Shown here piece by piece: positions 20,127 through 30,101 of a DNA stretch of 64,000 nucleotides. Each line of letters begins with the position of its first letter. Position 1 is the first letter of the stretch. Source of the stretch: Candidatus Omnitrophota bacterium. Lineage in GTDB: Bacteria > Omnitrophota > Gorgyraeia > Gygaellales > Profunditerraquicolaceae. The stretch spans positions 76,325 through 140,324 of the forward strand of contig JBAZNT010000001.1 of NCBI GenBank assembly GCA_041649115.1, read 5' to 3'. The position numbers were made by a program, and so were the translations under genes. The notes under the pieces were generated by a model. It was given only the letters and a program-made list of their open reading frames with translations. It was not told the DNA's origin and did no database searches.

Positions 20127-21206
20127 ATGCTTTCTTTAATTACCTTTATACTTGTCATCGGCATTCTTATTGTCGTGCATGAATTCGGGCATTTCATGAT
20201 GGCCAAGATGATAGGGGTGCGGGTTGAAAAGTTTTACGTCGGGTTCGGTCCGCAGCTTTGGAAGAAGAAGAGAGGCAATACCGAATACGGCCTGGGTGCC
20301 GTACCGCTCGGAGGATACGTTAAGCTTGCCGGCGACAATCCCGAGGAGTCCAAGGGGGAGCCTTACGAGTATTTTTCCCGTAGGCCCGGAGAGCGCGCCC
20401 TAATCGTATTCTGCGGCCCGCTTTTGAATTACGTCCTGGGTTTTTTATGTTTATGGCTGGTTTTCTCAAGCGGCTATCCCATGTTTACCGCCAAGGTAGG
20501 CAGCCTCATCAGCGGCCTGGGCGCCGAGCAGGCAGGCATAAAGCCGGGGGATAGGATTGTTGCTATTGACGGAGAAGATATAAAGTTGTGGGAACAGCTG
20601 CAGCGGATCATGCGCTCCAAAGAAAATTCCTCTTCGGTCAAGATAGGCTTGTTGCGCAGAGATAAGAGATACGATTTCGACGTTAAGCTCCAGCAAAAAG
20701 AGCTCATGGATATTTCTGGACGCAAACATAAGGTGGGGCTCCTGGGGATAACGCCCGAGGGGGAAGCGGTTAACGTCAGGTACGGCCCGCTTAAATCTTT
20801 TTCTATGGGGTTAGAGAAGACCTTCGAGATAACCGTTATGACCTACCGCGGGCTTTGGAATATTATTGCGGGGAGGTTGTCGCTGCGCGATTCGGTCACC
20901 GGGCCTCTCGGGATATTCTATATTACCGGCAAGGCTGCCGAGGCGGGGATAAGCGCCGTGATACAGCTGGTAGCGGTATTGAGCATAAGCCTGGCGATAT
21001 TCAACCTCTTGCCGCTTCCGGTCTTAGACGGCGGGCATTTGTTCTTCTTGGCTCTCGAGAAAATAAGGGGCCGGCGCCTAAGCGCTAAGGCCGATAATAT
21101 CATCACGAGGATGGGGCTGGCTTTTATTATTTCCCTGGCAGCAGTAGTCACCTATCTTGATGTCTGGAGACTTTTCAGCGATAAGATTGCGGCGTTATTT
21201 AAATGA
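20127..21206 (+). CDS. rseP: RIP metalloprotease RseP (M50 site-2 protease, single PDZ)
   Basis: HEFGHF zinc motif at the N-terminus, an internal PDZ region (GIKPGDRIVAIDG), and C-terminal NLLPLPVLDGGH. Confidence 0.9.
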   Translation: MLSLITFILVIGILIVVHEFGHFMMAKMIGVRVEKFYVGFGPQLWKKKRGNTEYGLGAVPLGGYVKLAGDNPEESKGEPYEYFSRRPGERALIVFCGPLLNYVLGFLCLWLVFSSGYPMFTAKVGSLISGLGAEQAGIKPGDRIVAIDGEDIKLWEQLQRIMRSKENSSSVKIGLLRRDKRYDFDVKLQQKELMDISGRKHKVGLLGITPEGEAVNVRYGPLKSFSMGLEKTFEITVMTYRGLWNIIAGRLSLRDSVTGPLGIFYITGKAAEAGISAVIQLVAVLSISLAIFNLLPLPVLDGGHLFFLALEKIRGRRLSAKADNIITRMGLAFIISLAAVVTYLDVWRLFSDKIAALFK

Positions 21207-22315
21207 TGCAGATTAAGAGGCGCAAAACCAGGGTTGTCAGGATAGGCAGGATTTCTATCGGAGGGGGCAATCCCGTTGCCGTGCAGTCGATGGCGAAGGT
21301 CAAGACCTCCAGGGTGGAGGAGGTCTTAAGGCAGGTGCGTGATTTAGCATCGGCCGGCTGCGAGATCGTGCGTGTGGCGGTGAAGGATGAGGCTGACGCC
21401 CGCGCCATAAAAGCAATTAAGAAGTCTATTGACATGCCGTTGGTGGCAGACATACATTTTTCGCATCGGCTGGCGTTGCTGGCGGTTGAAAGCGGAGCAG
21501 ACAAGATACGCCTTAACCCCGGAAATGTCCATAAAACAGAAGAGGTTGTGGCTATTGCCCGCGCCTGCCGCCTGCACCGCGTGCCTATACGGGTAGGCCT
21601 GAACTCCGGATCCTTAAAGACATTAAAGATGGGCGGCGGCAAGCGCAGGTTAGCGCGAGGCAAAGGCCTTTCCGATATAATGGTAAAAGAGGCCCTGGAC
21701 TACCTGAAGATTCTTGAGAAGGAGAGTTTCTACAACATCGTTTTATCGCTGAAGGGCTCGCACCTCATTGATACTATTTCCGCTTACCGCAAGATGAGCC
21801 GGTATTGCGATTATCCTTTTCATCTGGGAGTGACGGCGAGCGGATTACCTGAGGATGGGGCGGTTAAATCAAGCATCGCAATTGGAGCTTTACTATTAGA
21901 GGGTATCGGTGATACAATAAGGGTATCGCTTTCGGCCCCTCCTGCCGAGGAGGTGCGGGTTGCCCGTTCTATCCTTCAGTCAGTGGGGCTACGGAGTTTC
22001 GGATACGAAATTATTAGCTGTCCTACCTGCGGCAGGTGCGAGGTGGACCTTATCTCCAAATTAAGGGAACTTAAGGCGGGGCTAGAGGGTTTAGGCGTTA
22101 GTAGCTCCGGGCGTCCCGTCAGCATCGCGTTGATGGGGTGCGTGGTTAACGGGCCGGGAGAAGCGCGCGAGGCGGATATCGCAGTAGCGTTTGGAGCGAA
22201 GGAAGGATTATTGTTCAAAAAAGGAAAGCCGTTCGGGAAAGTAACCTTTAGGGACAGTGTAGCGGTTTTATTAAGAGAACTCAAGGCAATAGGATGCTCT
22301 GGTCTAAGACGTTAA
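21203..22315 (+). CDS. ispG: 4-hydroxy-3-methylbut-2-en-1-yl diphosphate synthase
   Basis: VAVQSMAKV, RLNPGN, and the cluster cysteines CPTCGRC .. GCVVNGPGEA. Confidence 0.95.
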   Translation: MMQIKRRKTRVVRIGRISIGGGNPVAVQSMAKVKTSRVEEVLRQVRDLASAGCEIVRVAVKDEADARAIKAIKKSIDMPLVADIHFSHRLALLAVESGADKIRLNPGNVHKTEEVVAIARACRLHRVPIRVGLNSGSLKTLKMGGGKRRLARGKGLSDIMVKEALDYLKILEKESFYNIVLSLKGSHLIDTISAYRKMSRYCDYPFHLGVTASGLPEDGAVKSSIAIGALLLEGIGDTIRVSLSAPPAEEVRVARSILQSVGLRSFGYEIISCPTCGRCEVDLISKLRELKAGLEGLGVSSSGRPVSIALMGCVVNGPGEAREADIAVAFGAKEGLLFKKGKPFGKVTFRDSVAVLLRELKAIGCSGLRR

Positions 22316-23544
22316 TACCTACTTTAAGAGAGGTCCCGCAGGAAGCGGAATCGGTAAGCCATCAGTTGATGCTGCGCGCAGGATTAGTACGCATGCTTCT
22401 TGCCGGCGTTTATTCCTATCTGCCGTTAGGCCTGAGGGTCCTGGAGAATATCGAGGCGGTTGTCCGTCAGGAGATGGAGGCTGCCGGTGCCTCCGAATTG
22501 CTGCTGCCGGCCCTGCAGCCTTTGGAGCTTTGGCAGCGTTCCGGCAGGGATAAGGACATGGGGGAGGTAATGGTGCGTTTTACGGACCGCAGAGGCAGAA
22601 ACCTCTGCCTCGGCCCTACCCATGAGGAGGTTATTACGGAACTCGCAAAGGACCATATCTCCTCTTACCGTCAGCTGCCGCTGGTCTTATACCAGATTCA
22701 GACTAAATTTCGCGACGAGATACGGCCGCGCTTCGGTCTGGTGCGGGCCTGCGAATTCATTATGAAGGATGCCTATAGCTTTGATAAGGATGAAGCGGGG
22801 CTGGATAAGAACTACCAGGAGATGTATGGGGCCTATCAGCGTATCTTTAAGAGGTGCGGACTTGATTGCCTGGCGGTTGAGGCGGATTCCGGCGTTATGG
22901 GAGGAAAGGTTTCGCACGAGTTTATGGTACCGGCCAGGGACGGAGAGGATATGGTGTCGGTCTGCGCGAATTGCCGCAGGGCGTATCCATTTAATGAAGG
23001 GCCTGATGCGGCCTGCCGTGATTGCGGCTCGAAATTAGACAAGGTCCATGCCATAGAGATAGGACATATATTTAAATTAGGGACCAGATACACCGGGACG
23101 CTTGAGGCCGGTTTCGTCGATGAGACAGGCAGGCTCAATCCCATTGTGATGGGATGTTACGGCATCGGGATTTCCCGTTTGGTGTCTGCCGTTATTGAGC
23201 AGAATAACGATAAGGACGGGATTGTCTGGCCGCTCGAGGTCAGCCCGTATAAAGTGATTGTCCTGCCGCTGGACGTTACCGACGGAGTTATCAGAGAGAA
23301 GGCCCGCGAGGTTTACGATGAACTGGCTGGGCTGGGGATCCCCGTGCTGCTTGACGACCGCGATGAGCGCGCCGGGGTTAAATTCAAGGATGCTGATCTC
23401 CTGGGGATAGCCCTGCAGGTGATTATCGGCAAGGAATCTTTGAAGAAGAAGACGCTGGAGTTTAAGGAGCGCCGCGGAAATAAAAAGAGCGCCGATACCA
23501 AAGCGGCGGTTATAAAACGCATCAAGGAGATACTTAATGTATAA
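22294..23544 (+). CDS. proS: Prolyl-tRNA synthetase, bacterial-type core without the INS editing domain; a Cys4 mini-insertion sits in its place
   Basis: 416 aa. The N-terminus TLREVPQEAESVSHQLMLRAG and the class II motifs FRDEIRPRFGLVRACEF and GCYGIGISR are present. Only about 35 residues, containing CANC..CRDC, lie between SHEF and IGHIFKLGTRY. Confidence 0.9.
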   Translation: MLWSKTLIPTLREVPQEAESVSHQLMLRAGLVRMLLAGVYSYLPLGLRVLENIEAVVRQEMEAAGASELLLPALQPLELWQRSGRDKDMGEVMVRFTDRRGRNLCLGPTHEEVITELAKDHISSYRQLPLVLYQIQTKFRDEIRPRFGLVRACEFIMKDAYSFDKDEAGLDKNYQEMYGAYQRIFKRCGLDCLAVEADSGVMGGKVSHEFMVPARDGEDMVSVCANCRRAYPFNEGPDAACRDCGSKLDKVHAIEIGHIFKLGTRYTGTLEAGFVDETGRLNPIVMGCYGIGISRLVSAVIEQNNDKDGIVWPLEVSPYKVIVLPLDVTDGVIREKAREVYDELAGLGIPVLLDDRDERAGVKFKDADLLGIALQVIIGKESLKKKTLEFKERRGNKKSADTKAAVIKRIKEILNV

Positions 23545-23995
23545 TGACAGCGTTATACTCCAGCTGCGGGGCTTAATTGAAGGGCATCTCAAGGGGCAGG
23601 GGATGCTTCTGGTGGATCTTGTCTGCCGCCGCGAAGGCAAGAGCCTTATGCTGCGCGTGTTAGCTGATTATCCGCAGGGAGGCATTGATATTGATACCTG
23701 CGCCCGCCTGAATAATGAATTAGGGGGGATCCTCGAGGAAAATAATATTATCGGGGAGAGTTACGTCCTGGAGGTTTCCTCTCCCGGTCTAGACCGGCCC
23801 CTCAAGAGCAGGGAGGATTTTCTGCGTTGCCTGGGGAGAGAAGCGGTATTCTATCTTTCCGCGCCAGTCAAGGAAAGGATCCAGTGGCAGGGCGTAATCA
23901 AGGAGGCAGGAGAAGACGGTGTTTTGATAGAAGGCTCTGAGGATGCGATAAGCATCCCTCTGGCGTTCATAAACAAGGCAAGACAGATAGTCTAA
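23537..23995 (+). CDS. rimP: Ribosome maturation factor RimP
   Basis: 152 aa. LEVSSPGLDRPL motif, and its position upstream of nusA-infB. Confidence 0.9.
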   Translation: MYNDSVILQLRGLIEGHLKGQGMLLVDLVCRREGKSLMLRVLADYPQGGIDIDTCARLNNELGGILEENNIIGESYVLEVSSPGLDRPLKSREDFLRCLGREAVFYLSAPVKERIQWQGVIKEAGEDGVLIEGSEDAISIPLAFINKARQIV

Positions 23996-24017
23996 AGGGG
24001 ACTGACAGGAGATTTGT

Positions 24018-25238
24018 ATGAGCAAGGAACTATTAGCGATCATCGAACAGATAGAGAGGGAAAAAGGAATCAAGAAAGAAGTTCTGGTTGCAGCAGTGGA
24101 GAGTGCGCTTCTGAGCGCTGCCCGTAAGGTGGTTGATGCCACGGATGAAGACGAACTCAAAGTGGTATTAGACCAGCAGACAGGCCAGGTCAGGGCATAT
24201 AAAAATGACAAGGAGATTACCACCATAGATTTCGGGCGCATCGCAGCCTCTACTGCCAGGCAGGTAATTATCCAGAAGATACGCGAGGCGGAAAAAGAGG
24301 TGGTCTTCAGCGAATTCCAGGGGAAGGTAGGCGAAATCGTGGCCGGGACGGTGTACCGTTTCGAGAAAGGTAATATTGTAGTCGATCTTCTCGGCAAGGC
24401 CGAAGGGCTTCTACCGAAGCGGGAGCAGTCTGCGCGCGAGGACTTCAGGCAGGGACAGCGTGTCAGGGCATTTGTGCTGGATGTCAAAAAGGATGCCCGT
24501 GGAGCGCAGATTATACTCTCGCGCACCCATCCTAATCTGGTCAAGGAGCTGTTTGAGTTAGAGGTCCCCGAGATATACGATGGGGTGGTAGAGATAAAGG
24601 CTATTTCGCGGGAGGCCGGAGAGCGCACCAAGATTGCAGTCTGGTCCAAGAATGAAAAAGTGGATTCGGTGGGCGCCTGCGTAGGGATGCGCGGTAACCG
24701 CGTCAGGAATATCGTTAACGAGCTAAACGGAGAAAAGATAGACATCGTCCGTTACAACGAAGATATCCGCGAGTACATTAAAGCTGCCCTCGCGCCTGCC
24801 AAGATAAATGAGATAAAGCTGGAGAAGGAAAATATGAAGGCCGAGGTTATCGTAGATGATGACCAGCTTTCTTTGGCAATAGGCAAACATGGCCAGAACG
24901 TGCGTCTGGCTTCCCGTCTGGTAGGATGGGAGTTGGATATACGCACCAGGGAGATGCTCGCCAGGGAAGCGATGAAAGCCATCGGGCAGGAAAAAACCGC
25001 CGGCGCTATAGATGCAAAAGAAACGGCAGGGGGCTTAGAGGATTTAAGCGGAGTGGGAGAGAAGACCGTAGCTAAACTTGAGGCAGCAGGGTTTAAGACT
25101 ATCGGCGATATATCAAAGGCCAGCCCGGAGGATTTGGTGCGGGTAGAAGGCATCGGAGAAAAGAAGGCTAAAAAGTTGGTTGCCGAAGCCAAAAAATTGG
25201 GGCATAATAAGAAATCAAATGCTAAAACCAAAGACTAA
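24018..25238 (+). CDS. nusA: Transcription termination/antitermination factor NusA
   Basis: 406 aa with S1 and KH regions (GACVGMRGNRVRNIVNELNGEKIDIV, AIGKHGQNVRLASRL) and a C-terminal HhH region. Confidence 0.95.
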   Translation: MSKELLAIIEQIEREKGIKKEVLVAAVESALLSAARKVVDATDEDELKVVLDQQTGQVRAYKNDKEITTIDFGRIAASTARQVIIQKIREAEKEVVFSEFQGKVGEIVAGTVYRFEKGNIVVDLLGKAEGLLPKREQSAREDFRQGQRVRAFVLDVKKDARGAQIILSRTHPNLVKELFELEVPEIYDGVVEIKAISREAGERTKIAVWSKNEKVDSVGACVGMRGNRVRNIVNELNGEKIDIVRYNEDIREYIKAALAPAKINEIKLEKENMKAEVIVDDDQLSLAIGKHGQNVRLASRLVGWELDIRTREMLAREAMKAIGQEKTAGAIDAKETAGGLEDLSGVGEKTVAKLEAAGFKTIGDISKASPEDLVRVEGIGEKKAKKLVAEAKKLGHNKKSNAKTKD

Positions 25239-27324
25239 GAAGGAAAAAGAGGTCACGGGCGCCAAAAAAAAGGTTGCCAAGAGCACGCACAAGCCCGCGC
25301 TTAAGCCGGTCAAGAAGAGCCAGGTTAGGGCCCCTAAGGCCCCCCGGGCTAAGAAACCGATTTCCCCTCATCGGCCGCTTGAGAAGCCCGAGGCTAAACA
25401 TAAGATAGCCGAGTCGCCTGCGAAGAAAGAGCCCGTTACCGTCGCCAAGGAGACGCCGGCAATAAAGCCGCCGCAAAAAGAACGCCAGGTTCCTCCGGCT
25501 GAGGTTAAGTCCGTTGCCTCAGGGGTTGTTTCTGCGCCTGAGCCCGCTGTTGTCCCGCCGAAGCCCGATTTGAAGGAGTTGGAGTTAAAGCTCCCCGTCA
25601 GCGTTAAGGACCTGGCAATAAAATTGCAGCAGAAGCCCTCGGCGCTGCTGAAGTTCCTTCTAGACAGGGGAATTATGTCCGGCATTAATCAAAATCTTGA
25701 TAATGCCGCGGCAGAAGAGATATGTTCCAAATTCGGTTTTAAGATTGTCAGTGCCCCCGACGAAGAGGAACTGGCGCTGCGTATCCATAAGGAGCCCGAC
25801 AGCAAGGATGCTCTAAAACCGCGCTCCCCCATCGTTACTTTTATGGGGCATGTTGACCACGGAAAGACTTCGCTGTTGGACGCTATTCGTAAGACCAAGG
25901 TTGCGGATTCCGAACACGGAGGCATTACCCAGCACATCGGGGCCTACCGGGTTTCTCTCGGACACGGAGACATTACCTTTCTTGACACCCCGGGGCATGA
26001 GGCGTTCACCGCTATGCGCGCGCGGGGGGCAAGCCTGACCGATATCGTGGTTTTGGTGGTGGCTGCTGACGACGGCATCATGCCTCAGACCAGGGAGGCC
26101 ATTGACCACAGCCGGGCCGCCGGCGTTTCGATCATTGTGGCTATCAATAAGATTGATAAACCCCAGGCAGACATCGACCGCGTTAAGAAACAATTAGGGG
26201 AATTGAACCTCCTGGCCGAAGACTGGGGAGGAAAGACCATTACCGTTGCCGTATCGGCCAAAACCGGCGAAGGCATCGACAATCTCCTGGAGATGATTAT
26301 ATTAGAGTCTCAGATGCTGGAATTGAAAGCCAACCCCGACAGATTGGCGCGCGGGGTGGTGATAGAGGCAAGGCTTAGCAAAGGCAAAGGCCCGGTAGCA
26401 ACGCTGCTGATAGAGAATGGCACCCTGCATCTTAACGATACGATAATTGTAGGCAACGACTGCGGGAAGATCCGTGCCATGTTTAACTACCGCGGCCAGC
26501 AGGTTAATTCCGCAGGTCCGGCAGAGCCGGTGGAGGTCCTGGGTTTATCAGGCGTGCCGCAGGCAGGGGAACAGTTCTTTGTAATGGAAGACGAAAAGAC
26601 ATGCCGTGATATCGCCACCAAGAGGCAGGAGCAGGAGAAGCAGCAGCAGGTCAAGGCCGTCAAGAGGATAAGCCTGGAGGACCTGCATTCCCAGATCAAG
26701 GAAGGCAAGCTCAAGGAGCTCAAGCTTATCCTGAAGGCCGATGTCAACGGCTCGCTTGAGGCAATCAAAGAGACCATCGCTAAATTAGAGACGCCGGAGA
26801 TAAAGCTGGAGATTATACATGAGGGCACCGGGAATATAAATTCTTCCGATGTAATATTGGCGGTAGCCTCCAATGCCCTGATCCTGGGTTTTAATGTCAA
26901 CGCCGACGAGCGGGCAAGGGAGGCGATTGAGAAAGAAGGCGTTGACGTGCGCACCTACAACATCATATACGAACTTGCCAATGATATCAAGGCAGCGCTG
27001 GAGGGGATGCTTGAGCCTAAGATCAAAAAGGTTTTTATGGGCAAGGTCGAGATACGCAAGGTATTCAAGCTTTCGCGTTCCGGTTCAATTGCGGGTTGTT
27101 TTGTGACCAAAGGCAAGATTACCCGCAGTGCCCAAGTGACCCTGACCAGGAACGGGGAGGCAGTCTTTGATGGCAAGATATCATCCCTGAAGCGCTTTAA
27201 GGATGATGCCCGCGAGGTTCTGGAAGGCTTTGAGTGCGGTATCGCTATCGGGGGATTTGAGGATTATCAGGCGGGAGATATCATTGAGGCCTATGAGATA
27301 GAGAAGATCGCCAGGAAGCTATGA
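25219..27324 (+). CDS. infB: Translation initiation factor IF-2
   Basis: A K/P/A-rich N-terminus is followed by the GTPase motifs [20 protein letters not shown] and NKID. I prefer the ATG at 25219; an in-frame TTG at 25180 is an alternative start. Confidence 0.93.
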   Translation: MLKPKTKKEKEVTGAKKKVAKSTHKPALKPVKKSQVRAPKAPRAKKPISPHRPLEKPEAKHKIAESPAKKEPVTVAKETPAIKPPQKERQVPPAEVKSVASGVVSAPEPAVVPPKPDLKELELKLPVSVKDLAIKLQQKPSALLKFLLDRGIMSGINQNLDNAAAEEICSKFGFKIVSAPDEEELALRIHKEPDSKDALKPRSPIVTFMGHVDHGKTSLLDAIRKTKVADSEHGGITQHIGAYRVSLGHGDITFLDTPGHEAFTAMRARGASLTDIVVLVVAADDGIMPQTREAIDHSRAAGVSIIVAINKIDKPQADIDRVKKQLGELNLLAEDWGGKTITVAVSAKTGEGIDNLLEMIILESQMLELKANPDRLARGVVIEARLSKGKGPVATLLIENGTLHLNDTIIVGNDCGKIRAMFNYRGQQVNSAGPAEPVEVLGLSGVPQAGEQFFVMEDEKTCRDIATKRQEQEKQQQVKAVKRISLEDLHSQIKEGKLKELKLILKADVNGSLEAIKETIAKLETPEIKLEIIHEGTGNINSSDVILAVASNALILGFNVNADERAREAIEKEGVDVRTYNIIYELANDIKAALEGMLEPKIKKVFMGKVEIRKVFKLSRSGSIAGCFVTKGKITRSAQVTLTRNGEAVFDGKISSLKRFKDDAREVLEGFECGIAIGGFEDYQAGDIIEAYEIEKIARKL

Positions 27325-28301
27325 AGAAGCGCATCTTAAGCGGCATGCGGCCTACCGGTAAGCTGCACCTGGGGCATTTGGTAGGGGCCTTAGACAACTG
27401 GGTTAAGCTCCAGGAGCAGTACGAATGTTTTTTTATGGTAGCGGACTGGCATGCCTTGATGGGGGAGTATGAGGACCCCGCCGGCCTGCGGGAATACGCC
27501 ATTGATAATGTAGCCGATTGGCTCAGCGCAGGCATCAACCCTAAGGCCTCCACTCTTTTTGTGCAATCCAGCGTTCCCGGGCACCTGGAACTGGCGATGA
27601 TATTTTCCTGTTTTGTACCGTTGGGGTGGCTGGAGCGTTGTCCTACCTATAAGGAGCAGCTACGCGAAGTAAAGACCCGCGATTTACACACCTACGGATT
27701 CTTAGGTTATCCGGTGCTGCAGGCCGCCGATATCCTGCTTTATAAGGCAGATGCCGTACCGGTAGGCGAGGATCAGTTGCCTCACCTGGAGCTTACGCGC
27801 GAGATAGGCCGGCGTTTTAACAGCCTTTATCAAAAAGGATTTTTCCCAGAGCCCAAGGCCATCCTGACAAAGACGCCGCGTCTCTTGGGGACGGACGGCA
27901 GGAAGATGAGCAAGAGCTATGACAACGCCATAAACCTTTCCGATTCCGCAGAGGCTATCGCCAGGAAGGTCGCCGTCATGTTTACCGACCCTAAGCGGAT
28001 AAAATTCAGCGATAAAGGGCACCCCGATACCTGCAATGTCTTTTCTTATTACGAGATGTTTTCTCCGGCAATGCTGGAGGATGTGCGCGATTGGTGCGCG
28101 CATGCCAAGGTAGGTTGTACCGAGTGCAAGAAGAGGCTGTCTTCGGCGTTGATAGAGAAGCTGGGGCCTTTTCATAAAAAGAGGCAGGGGCTGCTTCAGG
28201 ACAAGGCGATGATTCTCAGCGTCCTGGAGGAAGGCAATAGGCGCGCCGCTGATTTCGCCTCCAGAACCATCCGGGAAGTCCGCCAGGCGATGAAGATATG
28301 A
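27321..28301 (+). CDS. trpS: Tryptophanyl-tRNA synthetase
   Basis: A class I HIGH-type motif (TGKLHLGH) and KMSKS. Confidence 0.95.
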   Translation: MKKRILSGMRPTGKLHLGHLVGALDNWVKLQEQYECFFMVADWHALMGEYEDPAGLREYAIDNVADWLSAGINPKASTLFVQSSVPGHLELAMIFSCFVPLGWLERCPTYKEQLREVKTRDLHTYGFLGYPVLQAADILLYKADAVPVGEDQLPHLELTREIGRRFNSLYQKGFFPEPKAILTKTPRLLGTDGRKMSKSYDNAINLSDSAEAIARKVAVMFTDPKRIKFSDKGHPDTCNVFSYYEMFSPAMLEDVRDWCAHAKVGCTECKKRLSSALIEKLGPFHKKRQGLLQDKAMILSVLEEGNRRAADFASRTIREVRQAMKI

Positions 28302-29059
28302 GCTATAAGGTAAGACTAGAGATATTCGAAGGGCCGCTGGACCTCTTGCTTTATCTGGTTAAAAAAGACCACCTTAATATCTATGATATCCCGATTGCCC
28401 AGATTAGTGACCAGTACTTAAAATACCTGGAGTTGATGCAGCTGTTGGACCTTAACATCGCCGGGGAGTTCCTGGTGATGGCGGCTACCCTCATGCAGAT
28501 TAAATCCAAGATGCTCCTGCCGGCTGAGGAGGCGCCTGTATCCGAAGAGGAAGAGGATCCGCGTGCGGAGCTCGTGCGGCGGCTCCTGGAGTACGAGAAA
28601 TACAAGGAGGTCGCAGAGTCTTTAAGGCAGCGCGAGGCATCCCAGCAGGAGGTCTTCAAGCGCCCAAGGTCAGAACTGAATAAGATTGAGCCGTCCGCAG
28701 ACAAGGATGTTTATTTTGAGGCAAGCATCTTTGACCTTATCAACGCCTTTACCAAGGCGCTGGATGAGGTCCCCAAGGAATTATTCTATCAGGTTATCAA
28801 AGACGAGTTTACCATCGAGGGCAAGGTGCACGAGATATTGCACCTGATGATGGTGGAGTCGCATAAGCGCGTGGCGGAATTGTTCGCCAAATGCAAGAAC
28901 AAAATAGAGATTATTGTGACGTTTTTGGCAACCCTGGAGCTGATACGCCTCAAGGAGATCGTTATCATACAGAAGGGGTTGTTCGGAGAGATCGAAATCA
29001 TGCGCAACGAAGCAAACATCATCCCCTATGACCAAAGAAACAAGGCAGAAATTAATTAA
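28298..29059 (+). CDS. scpA: Segregation and condensation protein A (kleisin)
   Basis: FEGPLDLLLYLVKKDHLNIYDIPIAQISDQYL is a typical ScpA N-terminus. Confidence 0.9.
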   Translation: MSYKVRLEIFEGPLDLLLYLVKKDHLNIYDIPIAQISDQYLKYLELMQLLDLNIAGEFLVMAATLMQIKSKMLLPAEEAPVSEEEEDPRAELVRRLLEYEKYKEVAESLRQREASQQEVFKRPRSELNKIEPSADKDVYFEASIFDLINAFTKALDEVPKELFYQVIKDEFTIEGKVHEILHLMMVESHKRVAELFAKCKNKIEIIVTFLATLELIRLKEIVIIQKGLFGEIEIMRNEANIIPYDQRNKAEIN

Positions 29060-30101
29060 AGGCACGCCGGCGGCGCTTGAGCATAACGGGCTTATCGCGG
29101 CGGAGGGCGAATCCGAAGAAGACGTCATCCTCAATATCTCCCTTAGGCCGGAGCGCCTCTCGAATTTCGTAGGCCAGAAAGAAACGGTTGAAAACCTGAA
29201 GGTCTGCCTTACTGCCGCCAGACAGCGCAAAGAGCCGCTGGAGCACATTCTTTTTTCCGGACCCCCGGGATTAGGCAAGACTTCCCTCGCCCATATTATC
29301 GCCCATGAGATGAGCACCAAGATTACCGCTACCTCGGGTCCGGCGATTGAGCGGGCAGGGGACCTGATCGGCATACTTACGAATCTGGAAAAAGGGGATA
29401 TCCTTTTTATAGATGAGATCCACCGTTTATCAAAGGTGGTGGAGGAGTTTCTCTATCCGGCCATGGAGACATTTCAGATTGATTTTGTCATCGATAAAGG
29501 TCCGTATGCCAAGACCATCAAGTTTAATCTCAAGCCTTTTACCCTGGTCGGAGCCACTACCAGGTCCGGGCTGTTATCCTCTCCGTTGCGCGGAAGGTTC
29601 GGGATATTCTATCACCTGGATTTTTATCCGGTAGAGGACCTTGCCAGGATAATCAAACACTCCGCCAAAATCCTAGCTATGGACATAGACGAAGAAGCAG
29701 CCAGAGAGGTCGCACGCCGCAGCCGCGGGACGCCCCGGATTGCTAATCGTCTTCTGCGCCGGGTAAGGGATTATGCGCAGGTGCTAAAGATCGGCAGGAT
29801 TAACCTTGAGGTTGTCTGCCGCACCCTGGACGGCCTGGGGATTGACAGGGCGGGATTAGACGATATCGACCGCAAGGTTCTGCGGGTGATGCTGGAGTCT
29901 TACGGCGGAGGGCCGGTCGGCGTGGAGGCCCTGGCAGCCAGCCTTAACGAAGAGGTTGATACCATCGTGGATACCGTTGAGCCGTATCTGTTAAAGGTCG
30001 GGTATTTAAAGCGGACCCCGCGGGGAAGGGTCGCCACAAAAATCGCCTTCGAGCACTTCGGGAAAAAATACGAAAACCAGCAGGAACTCTTCAATAAATA
30101 A
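29028..30101 (+). CDS. ruvB: Holliday junction branch-migration helicase RuvB
   Basis: LRPERLSNFVGQ, Walker A GPPGLGKTSLA, FIDEIHRL and RGTPRIANRLLRRVRD. Confidence 0.95.
   Translation: MTKETRQKLIKGTPAALEHNGLIAAEGESEEDVILNISLRPERLSNFVGQKETVENLKVCLTAARQRKEPLEHILFSGPPGLGKTSLAHIIAHEMSTKITATSGPAIERAGDLIGILTNLEKGDILFIDEIHRLSKVVEEFLYPAMETFQIDFVIDKGPYAKTIKFNLKPFTLVGATTRSGLLSSPLRGRFGIFYHLDFYPVEDLARIIKHSAKILAMDIDEEAAREVARRSRGTPRIANRLLRRVRDYAQVLKIGRINLEVVCRTLDGLGIDRAGLDDIDRKVLRVMLESYGGGPVGVEALAASLNEEVDTIVDTVEPYLLKVGYLKRTPRGRVATKIAFEHFGKKYENQQELFNK

Noticed and set aside
23789-24745. A 318-aa minus-strand ORF opposite rimP and nusA
   Set aside because: The product is Ser/Thr/Leu/Arg-rich low-complexity sequence, as expected from the antisense of a Lys/Glu-rich gene. 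The sense strand carries well-conserved RimP and NusA. The other long antisense ORFs in the track fail for the same reason, for example 11573-12319, 28781-29374, 33669-34217, 36714-37256, 40287-40976, 52378-52950 and 60354-60959.
25260-25560. A Lys/Pro/Ala-rich quasi-repetitive stretch at the start of infB
   Set aside because: This is a typical low-complexity N-terminal region of bacterial IF-2 and not an independent repeat element.
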